DNA of 63,442 nucleotides, from NCBI GenBank assembly GCA_002404515.1, contig DHJV01000111.1, positions 1-63,442 on the forward strand. The letters run 5' to 3'. The translations under genes and the position numbers were made by a program. Shown here piece by piece: positions 56,299 to 63,442 of this stretch. The notes under the pieces were generated by a model. It saw nothing but the letters and a program-made list of their open reading frames with translations. It made no database searches and had not been told where the DNA came from. Numbering within the stretch: position 1 is the first letter of the stretch; every line of letters begins with the position of its first letter. The DNA is from Lachnospiraceae bacterium UBA4711 (lineage in GTDB: Bacteria; Bacillota; Clostridia; Lachnospirales; Lachnospiraceae).

Positions 56299-56733
56299 AT
56301 GGAAATTTTGATTCATATTGAAAAAAAGAAACTGGATAGCGAATACACGAAAGCGGTTGCGGAGTATGTCAAACGACTCTCCGCTTTTTGTCGTGTGAAA
56401 TGTATATATTATAAAGATTTCTCGAAATTAGAGCTGCAGAATTCATCCGCCTGTTTTCACGTTGTTCCCGGTGCTGAAACAATTTCATCGGAAGAATTTG
56501 CAGCAACGATCGAGCAGCTCGGTCTGTCCGGTTATTCCCGCATTGAGTTTGTTATTGCAGCGCAGGAAAAAGCATATACAAATGCGATGACTGCTTATGA
56601 CCCGGATACCGCAAAGATTACCCGGTTCTCACTTTCCGGCTTTGCAATGTCCGTTGACCTTACGACCGTTGTTCTGACCGAACAGCTTTACCGTGCCTAC
56701 ACGATCTTAAATCACATCACTTATCACAAATAG
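56299..56733 (+). CDS. RlmH-like SPOUT protein (keeps the C-terminal tail, degenerate SAM knot)
   Basis: EYVKRL, ISSEEFA, TEQLYRAYTILNHITYHK; lacks IGGxxG and TFPH. Confidence 0.72.
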   Translation: MEILIHIEKKKLDSEYTKAVAEYVKRLSAFCRVKCIYYKDFSKLELQNSSACFHVVPGAETISSEEFAATIEQLGLSGYSRIEFVIAAQEKAYTNAMTAYDPDTAKITRFSLSGFAMSVDLTTVVLTEQLYRAYTILNHITYHK

Positions 56734-57175
56734 TATCCGCCAGCACTTCCATGAGCATCACACGCATCAACTGGTGTGGAAATGTCATATTCGAAAAGCT
56801 GATCTTATCATCCGCACGTTTCACCACCGCATCTGACAATCCAAGTGATCCCCCGATTACAAATGCAAGGCTTGTTTTTCCTCTTTGTTCCGCAGTTGCA
56901 ATACTCTTTTTTATTTTGGAATTATCCATCTTTTTTCCGTCGATACAGAGTGCCGCCACATAATCCGTATTCTGTATCTGACTTAGGATTTTCTCTCCCT
57001 CCGTCTCCTTGATCTTACGAGTCACGTTTTCTGATGTCTGTTTCGGTATACTTTCATCCTTCAGGCAGATCAGTTTTATTGGCATCTTTTTGTTGATCTG
57101 CTTCTGGAATTCATCTATTTTGTTCTGATAAAAAGTTTCTTTTACGTTCCCAACTACGATCAGTTTTATCTGCAT
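56717..57175 (-). CDS. rlmH: RlmH 23S rRNA m3-pseudouridine methyltransferase (lacks the C-terminal YRA...YH tail)
   Basis: IKLIVVG.VKE, EGEKIL, ALCIDGK, FVIGGSLGL, SFSNMTFPHQLMRVMLME, then ends early. Confidence 0.8.
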   Translation of the reverse strand: MQIKLIVVGNVKETFYQNKIDEFQKQINKKMPIKLICLKDESIPKQTSENVTRKIKETEGEKILSQIQNTDYVAALCIDGKKMDNSKIKKSIATAEQRGKTSLAFVIGGSLGLSDAVVKRADDKISFSNMTFPHQLMRVMLMEVLADTICDK

Positions 57176-57321
57176 ATCCTGTTTTCTCCTGATTTTCCTT
57201 GTTAAATTTTACACTTTGCCCGATTATTTACACAAACTTTCAACTTATGTCATAATTTGTTCATAATTATAACTTATATTATAACCATAGTTTTTTCATA
57301 AATCCTCTCTTTTTAAGATAC

Positions 57322-57360
57322 AAAAAGAAAATGCCGGCTCGCATCCGGCATTTTCTTTTT
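57322..57360 (-). terminator. Rho-independent terminator after putP
   Basis: AAAAAGAAAATGCCGG / CCGGCATTTTCTTTTT perfect 16-bp inverted repeat. Confidence 0.85.
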
Positions 57361-57371
57361 TATTCTATTTA

Positions 57372-58922
57372 TTATGCATTGATGTTTCCATTCTTCACAT
57401 CTTCAAATTCCTGCATGATCTCATCGCTGACCTTTGGTGTTACAAGTGATACAACAATGATGAAAATAAGGCTGACGATAAATCCAACTAACAGAGAATA
57501 CACACCTGTATAAGTTGCCGGTGTCACATGAACCCCATCCAATGTACAGCACTTAATGTAGTCCCAGATGATAACAGTCAGTCCTCCACTTGCCATGCCG
57601 GCTGCGGCACCTGCCAGATTCATACGTTTCCAGTAAAGGGACATCAGGATTGCCGGGCCAAACGCACTGCCAAGTCCTGCCCATGCATCACTGACCAGAT
57701 TCATGATCGATGAATTTGGATTCCATGCAATAACGATGGCAATGATTGCAACAGCAAATACCGTTACACGTGCAATCACCAACACCTGCTTATCTTTAAG
57801 CTTCTTGAAGAACACACCCTTGAACAGGTCATTTGCCACAGCAGAAGACGATACAAGGAGCTGAGAATCTGCGGTTGACATGATTGCAGCTAAGATACCA
57901 CATAACAGCAGGCCACCAATAAATGGCAATGAGTAATCTGACATGAACAGTTTCTTGATCATCTCGATATAGACATTCTCATACTGTGCTCCTTCGTTGG
58001 AAAGTACCATTGGGTACAGATATGCACGTCCAAGCACACCGATCACACAGGCAAGTACAAGTGAGATCAATACCCACACGATTGCAACCTTCTTGGATTT
58101 TGCAAGTTCCTTCTCATCACGGACTGCCATGAAACGCACAAGGATATGTGGCATACCACAGTAACCAAGCCCCCATGCAAGCTGGGATGCAATACTGATA
58201 CCGGAAATCGGCTTGCCATCCTGCATGAAGATATTCAGATAATCCTTTGCATCGACATTTAATCCAGAGTTTACAAGGTTTGGTACAATATTTCCAGTTC
58301 CAAGTACGATCACAACTAAGATTGGAACTGCCAATACACCCACTAACATCATCATGCCCTGTACAAAGTCTGTTGTACAGACAGCAAGGAATCCACCAAG
58401 GAATGTATAAATCAAAATAACGACCGCACCCACAATCAGTGCCTGATGATAATCAAGCTTCGTAATCGATGCGAACAGCTTTCCACCAGATGCAAACGCA
58501 GATGCAGAATATACCACGAAGAAGATTACGATAACAATCGCAGATATCGTAATCAGAATATTGTGTTTATCGCGGAACCGGTTGTTTAAGTACTCCGGGA
58601 TTGTCATTGCATTGCCTGCCTTGATCGTATAGCGGCGCAGACGGCCTGCAACGATCACCCAGTTTAAAATCGTACCGATCAAAAGACCGATTGCAATCCA
58701 CGCCTGATTTGCACCGAATGCATAGACACAGCCAGGAAGTCCCATCAGCATCCATCCACTCATATCGGATGCCTGCGCAGAAAGGGCTGTCACCCATCCT
58801 CCTAAGTTTCTACCTCCTAAGAAGTAATCATCCGAGCTTTTGTTTTTTCTCGCTGTAATAATACCGATTCCCAACATGAAAATCATGTAAATTACAAATG
58901 CAAGTATTACCCATGTTGACAT
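57372..58922 (-). CDS. putP: Sodium/proline symporter (SSS family)
   Basis: DYFLGGR, ALSAQASDMSGW.LMGLPG, GGFLAVCTTD, GYCGMPHILVRFM, AAIMSTADSQLL. Confidence 0.92.
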   Translation of the reverse strand: MSTWVILAFVIYMIFMLGIGIITARKNKSSDDYFLGGRNLGGWVTALSAQASDMSGWMLMGLPGCVYAFGANQAWIAIGLLIGTILNWVIVAGRLRRYTIKAGNAMTIPEYLNNRFRDKHNILITISAIVIVIFFVVYSASAFASGGKLFASITKLDYHQALIVGAVVILIYTFLGGFLAVCTTDFVQGMMMLVGVLAVPILVVIVLGTGNIVPNLVNSGLNVDAKDYLNIFMQDGKPISGISIASQLAWGLGYCGMPHILVRFMAVRDEKELAKSKKVAIVWVLISLVLACVIGVLGRAYLYPMVLSNEGAQYENVYIEMIKKLFMSDYSLPFIGGLLLCGILAAIMSTADSQLLVSSSAVANDLFKGVFFKKLKDKQVLVIARVTVFAVAIIAIVIAWNPNSSIMNLVSDAWAGLGSAFGPAILMSLYWKRMNLAGAAAGMASGGLTVIIWDYIKCCTLDGVHVTPATYTGVYSLLVGFIVSLIFIIVVSLVTPKVSDEIMQEFEDVKNGNINA

Positions 58923-59609
58923 TTAATCTTTGGTCTCCATAAGAAACAGGTACCCATCTCCAATCGTTATGTGACCTTCCTCCTCTCTTAATTCGTTGCT
59001 GATTCCTATCGTCTCTCCCTTTTTGATCGACAGGTCATGCGCGTTGTATTTGAAGCCTTTTAGGGTAATGCCCTTCACACATTCCGAAAAGGGCAGTAAA
59101 GATATGTAAGATCCATACAGATTTTCTGCACGAACTATCTTTTCTTTTTCAATCAGGGAAATCCGGTTGTGCGGATCCAGAATCTCCGCGCATATTCCCG
59201 CCTGATAACATGTATAGAGCAGCCCCAGATTTCCAAGTGTGTGGTCGAGTCTGGTTCCGGTTGCTCCAAGCAGCACCGCACGTGTAAATCCACACTTTGC
59301 CGCCTCCAGGATTGCAACATGTGTATCCGTGAAATCCTTCTCCGGATTCAACACAATGCATCTATCACGCACAACGGCATCAGGGCTTGTCACATATTTC
59401 GCTCTGATGCCGTCATTTGCGGAATCAAAATCTCCAATTATCAGATCCGGTTCGATGTCCAATTGTTCTAACATTTCCAGTCCCTTGTCTACACCGATCA
59501 CATACGGATGAACCGGATATCCATATGCTCCCTCATAAACGGCCGTGAGCAGACTTTGATCGACCGAGCCGCCTGTAACAATGAGACAATATTTACTCTC
59601 TGTTTTCAT
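58923..59609 (-). CDS. thiN: Thiamine diphosphokinase
   Basis: GVDKG, IIGDFDS, PEKDFTDT, GATGTRLDH, GFKY, GISNE. Confidence 0.93.
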   Translation of the reverse strand: MKTESKYCLIVTGGSVDQSLLTAVYEGAYGYPVHPYVIGVDKGLEMLEQLDIEPDLIIGDFDSANDGIRAKYVTSPDAVVRDRCIVLNPEKDFTDTHVAILEAAKCGFTRAVLLGATGTRLDHTLGNLGLLYTCYQAGICAEILDPHNRISLIEKEKIVRAENLYGSYISLLPFSECVKGITLKGFKYNAHDLSIKKGETIGISNELREEEGHITIGDGYLFLMETKD

Positions 59610-59618
59610 TTTTATATT

Positions 59619-60272
59619 CTATGCGTTCAGCTTCTCCATGAAAGCTGCGATATTGGCTTTCTTGTCGCCCTTGAATACAGCAGAGCCTGCAACGACAACA
59701 TTGGCACCAGCATCTAGTACGTCCTGTACGTTGTCAACCGTGATACCACCATCCACCTCGATCAGAAGCTCTGGATTTTTCTCTTCGGCAAGCGCCTTTA
59801 CTTCCTGTAATTTCGTAAGGGCAATCGGCATAAATTTCTGTCCGCCAAAGCCCGGGTTCACGCTCATAATCAGTACCATATCTACCTGATTGATATAGTA
59901 CTCTAACCAATGCACTGGTGTCTCCGGATTCACAGCGACACCAACCTTCATACCCGCTGCCTTGACAGCATCAATCGTCTCCTGCAGATTCTTGCATGCT
60001 TCATAATGTACGGTCAGCATGTCTGCGCCCGCATCCGCAAATGCATCAATATAACGAATCGGTTCATTGATCATCAGATGTACATCAAAAAAGCTGTCTG
60101 TGACCTTACGGATACATTTGATAACCGGTGGTCCAAAGGAGATGTTTCGTACAAAGGTTCCATCCATAACATCTAAGTGAAACCATTTCACGCCTGCCTC
60201 ATCCAGCACTTTTGCATTTCGTTCAATATGGTTAAAATCAATTGACAACAATGACGGTGAAAGAATATTCAT
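59619..60272 (-). CDS. rpe: Ribulose-phosphate 3-epimerase
   Basis: SPSLLS, HLDVMDG, DVHLM, MSVNPGFGGQ, EVDGG. Confidence 0.96.
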   Translation of the reverse strand: MNILSPSLLSIDFNHIERNAKVLDEAGVKWFHLDVMDGTFVRNISFGPPVIKCIRKVTDSFFDVHLMINEPIRYIDAFADAGADMLTVHYEACKNLQETIDAVKAAGMKVGVAVNPETPVHWLEYYINQVDMVLIMSVNPGFGGQKFMPIALTKLQEVKALAEEKNPELLIEVDGGITVDNVQDVLDAGANVVVAGSAVFKGDKKANIAAFMEKLNA

Positions 60273-60274
60273 AC

Positions 60275-61159
60275 CTACCATCTCCTTTTATTTTTTAATT
60301 CCTCATATAACTGTACATAATTGTCGTAGCGAAGCTGAGAGATCGTCCCCGCCTGCAATGCTTCTTTCACTAAGCACTCCGGCTCATGTATATGCACACA
60401 GCCGTTAAACTTACAACGGCCATTATAGCTTTCAAATTCCCGGAAATACTCTTTCAGGTCTTCCGGTTCTACATCCTCGATCACAAGGGAACTGAATCCC
60501 GGTGTATCCATGATATATGTGTCCTCTTCAATATAGATCAGCTCCGAATGTCTGGTTGTATGTTTTCCTCTACGGATCTTCTCACTGACCGCCCCGGTCT
60601 GCACCTGTGCCTGCGGATGCAGTGCATTTAACATCGATGATTTTCCGACGCCGGATGGACCTGCGAAAACACTTGTCTTTCCCCGGATGGCTTCCCGGAA
60701 TGTATCAACTCCGACATTTTCCTTTGCAACCGTCAGGAATACCTGATATCCGGCACCTGCATAGATATCACAGATTTCCTGTGCCTCCTGTTCACTGACC
60801 AGATCAGATTTGTTAAAGCAGATCAACGTATCAACCCCCTGCTGTTCCATCATGATCAAAAAACGATCTAACAGGTTGTAATTTGGTTTTGGATCTGCGA
60901 GAGCAAATACGATCACTGCCTGATCGACATTCGCAACCGCCGGTCGGATCAGCAGATTCTCCCGCGGTAAGATTTCGACGATATTTCCGGTCTTATCCTG
61001 CTCACTGATGATTTCAATCTCAACATCGTCCCCGACTGCCGGTTTAATCTTCTGGTTACGGAATGATCCCTTAGCCTTGCACTCATATATGGTTTTTACA
61101 GTATTATGTGGGTGGATATAATAAAATCCACCCACACCTTTCATAATCTTTCCCTGCAT
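60275..61159 (-). CDS. rsgA: Ribosome small subunit-dependent GTPase A
   Basis: NKSDL, GPSGVGKSS, GKHTTRH, DTPGF, C-terminal CKFNGC.H..EP.C. Confidence 0.96.
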   Translation of the reverse strand: MQGKIMKGVGGFYYIHPHNTVKTIYECKAKGSFRNQKIKPAVGDDVEIEIISEQDKTGNIVEILPRENLLIRPAVANVDQAVIVFALADPKPNYNLLDRFLIMMEQQGVDTLICFNKSDLVSEQEAQEICDIYAGAGYQVFLTVAKENVGVDTFREAIRGKTSVFAGPSGVGKSSMLNALHPQAQVQTGAVSEKIRRGKHTTRHSELIYIEEDTYIMDTPGFSSLVIEDVEPEDLKEYFREFESYNGRCKFNGCVHIHEPECLVKEALQAGTISQLRYDNYVQLYEELKNKRRW

Positions 61160-61176
61160 AGACTTCCTATACTCTT

Positions 61177-63396
61177 TTATTCTTCCGAATAAGATACATT
61201 CGGTGCCGGTACGGAGAATGAACTTGTCACGTCCGTTCCGCCTGCCAGAATTACAAAGCTTGCGCTGCCTCCCTGCGAATCCAGATTTGGTACAGTTGCA
61301 GATACATTATAAGAGTTTCCTGATGTAACAGTGATTGTCTGCTCATACACAGCACCACCGTTAAATATTACCTGAACCGTAACGGCGGATCCGTCTAATG
61401 CAGCATCATTACATGTAATTGTTCCTGAGATATTAGCTGTATATTTCTTTGCCTTCTGCTCTGGTCCATCACTGATGACAAAATCAACACTGTCACCCTC
61501 TGTCACAGTTGTTCCTCTCGAAGGATTCTGACTGATAACCATACCTGCTGCAACACTGTCACTGTTTGCATGTGTGACACTTCCTGCTGAAAGCTTCTTG
61601 CTTGACAGCGAATCTCTTGCCTGTGCCTCTGTGAGTCCCCCTAAGTTCGGAACTTCTACTTCCTTCTTCTCCGAACCGTTGCTGACTGTCACAATAACCT
61701 TAGAACCCTTCGCTGCCTTAGTTCCTCCAGCCGGTTCTGTCTTAATAACCTTATCTTTCTCTACATCATCGCTGTAGTCATATGCATGACTGACTTCAAA
61801 TCCTGCTTCCTGCAGAAGTGTCACAGCCTGAGAATCTTCATAATTTGTTACATCCGGCACATCCACTTCTTCTGCACCGGCACTGACTTTGAGTACGATC
61901 TCCTGATCAGCCGGGATTGTCTCGCCTTCTTTCACGCTCTGCTCAAAGACGTAACCTTCCTGTGTCTTCTCATCCTCTACATGCTCTGTCTTGACGTTTG
62001 TAAATCCTGCATCTGAAAGCATCTTCAGTGCTGCTTCTTCTGATACACCTGTGACATCGATCATGGCGATGGACTGTACTTCCTCCGTTGTAATCTTATT
62101 CTTGTTATCCTTCTTGGAACCAAACTTGAACCAGCCAAGGACATTACCAAGTACAACTATAATGATGATTGCAATAATAACAGCCGTTGCCACGCCTGCG
62201 ATCGTAACAGCCTTACGAATCCCCGGATCAATGCCATCCGGATCTTCCTCTTCTTCTAACTCTTCATCGTCATCATAATCCTGAACCTTTTTCAGATTGC
62301 CACGCTTTGGCTGTGGTTCCGGCTCGTAATCATCCTCTTCCCATTCGTCATCATCCTGCAGAAGCTCATTGATTCTGCCATTATTTGCCTGCGGGGTAGA
62401 GTTGTATCCAATCGGGCGGATCTCACCCATCTCCTGTGATACTGGTGGATTGTCGTATGACTGGCTATACAGGTCACGGTTTGCGCTTCCGTTACGAATT
62501 GCCTGTACGTCTTCCTTCGTCCACTCCTGTGTCGGACTGTTTGTGATTGAAGTAGGCGCAACCACAATATCAATATTCGGATTGTTCTGCACGCGCTTTA
62601 AATCTGCGATCAATGCGCTTGCTGTCAGATATCTGCGCTCCGGCTTCTTCTGTGTTGCCTTCAGAATGATCTTTTCGAAGCTGGAATAAATATCCGGGTA
62701 ATACTGTCTTGGTGGAATCATCTCATTCTGGATATGCATGAGTGCAACCGATACGTTGTTATCCCCCTCAAACGGCACTCTTCCGGTTACCATCTCATAC
62801 ATCGTGATACCGAGTGAATAAATATCGCTTCGTTCGTCACTGTATCCACCTCTTGCCTGCTCCGGGGATATGTAATGCACACTGCCCATCGCGCCGGAAG
62901 TGAGCGTATTGCTGCTCGCTGCTTTGGCGATACCGAAATCTGTGACCTTGATATTTCCATTTTTGGATACAATAATATTCTGTGGTTTGATGTCACGATG
63001 AATAATATGGTTCTCATGTGCAGCTTCCAGTCCGGATGCAATCTGAATTGAGAAGTTGATAGCCGTCTCCATATCAAGACGTCCATGCTGTTCAATATAC
63101 TGTTTTAATGTGATTCCCTCTACAAGTTCCATCACGATACAGTAGATGCCTTCATCATCAACAACATCATATACATTTACAATATTCGGATGTGTCAGTC
63201 CCGCAGAAGCCTGTGCTTCAATCCGGAACTTCGTCACAAAATTCTTATCGTTGCTGAACTCCGGTTTCAACACCTTGATTGCCACGTTTCGGTTCAATCT
63301 GTGGTCTCTTGCTTTGTAGACAATGGACATGCCGCCTGCACCGACCACGTCTAAAATCTCATATCTATCACATAATATCATTCCTGGTTTTAACAT
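61177..63396 (-). CDS. pknB: Housekeeping Stk1/PrkC-type PASTA Ser/Thr kinase
   Basis: GAGGMS, HRDIKPQN, DFGIA, GSVHYISPEQARG, TM, three PASTA repeats; canonical position upstream of rsgA-rpe-thiN. Confidence 0.95.
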   Translation of the reverse strand: MLKPGMILCDRYEILDVVGAGGMSIVYKARDHRLNRNVAIKVLKPEFSNDKNFVTKFRIEAQASAGLTHPNIVNVYDVVDDEGIYCIVMELVEGITLKQYIEQHGRLDMETAINFSIQIASGLEAAHENHIIHRDIKPQNIIVSKNGNIKVTDFGIAKAASSNTLTSGAMGSVHYISPEQARGGYSDERSDIYSLGITMYEMVTGRVPFEGDNNVSVALMHIQNEMIPPRQYYPDIYSSFEKIILKATQKKPERRYLTASALIADLKRVQNNPNIDIVVAPTSITNSPTQEWTKEDVQAIRNGSANRDLYSQSYDNPPVSQEMGEIRPIGYNSTPQANNGRINELLQDDDEWEEDDYEPEPQPKRGNLKKVQDYDDDEELEEEEDPDGIDPGIRKAVTIAGVATAVIIAIIIIVVLGNVLGWFKFGSKKDNKNKITTEEVQSIAMIDVTGVSEEAALKMLSDAGFTNVKTEHVEDEKTQEGYVFEQSVKEGETIPADQEIVLKVSAGAEEVDVPDVTNYEDSQAVTLLQEAGFEVSHAYDYSDDVEKDKVIKTEPAGGTKAAKGSKVIVTVSNGSEKKEVEVPNLGGLTEAQARDSLSSKKLSAGSVTHANSDSVAAGMVISQNPSRGTTVTEGDSVDFVISDGPEQKAKKYTANISGTITCNDAALDGSAVTVQVIFNGGAVYEQTITVTSGNSYNVSATVPNLDSQGGSASFVILAGGTDVTSSFSVPAPNVSYSEE

Positions 63397-63442
63397 GATT
63401 TCAACCCTTTCTGCTATATTCGTTCTCTATTCGGTCATCTCT

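Noticed and set aside
760..63095. Numerous antisense and alternate-frame ORFs in the track (e.g. 760..1371, 35469..36260, 52211..52888)
   Set aside because: They shadow well-supported genes and show no recognisable motifs.
63401..63442. 3' end of the gene upstream of pknB (by synteny probably the Stp1/PrpC phosphatase)
   Set aside because: Only about 13 codons are visible, with no diagnostic motif.

Overview
Chromosomal window from a spore-forming, low-GC Firmicute; gene content and synteny suggest a Lachnospiraceae/Eubacterium-like gut clostridium (inference). It has three parts. (1) About 0.66-31.0 kb is an all-plus-strand Ser/Thr phospho-signalling island. It has five Hanks-type kinase genes (two split by +1 frameshifts, one of these a pseudokinase), two PP2C phosphatases and twelve FHA-domain genes. 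The FHA genes include FHA-TM receptors with swapped extracellular domains, a vWA-TM-FHA receptor and a 2xFHA-ABC exporter. The island also has a secreted CHAP hydrolase, an orphan LytTR response regulator, a LytTR-only paralogue, a CinA/PncC enzyme carrying the island's zinc-ribbon tag, and four promoters with the same 21-bp direct-repeat geometry. (2) About 31.1-35.4 kb holds two Rpn-family PD-(D/E)XK nuclease genes with internal RBS/ATG starts (RpnS-type antitoxin architecture) and a shared structured leader, a stand-alone gene built from tandem RpnS-like modules, and sigK between them. (3) About 35.5-63.4 kb is minus-strand housekeeping (U32, rnj, ruvX, ireB, polC, ispG, rseP, dxr, cdsA, uppS, frr, pyrH, putP, thiN, rpe, rsgA, pknB). 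It includes two oddities: a convergent pair of complementarily degenerate rlmH genes and an orphan glutamine-kinase-like PEP-utiliser. No rRNA, tRNA, CRISPR array, integrase or reverse transcriptase was recognised. All domain calls come from motif recognition by eye; no database searches were run.
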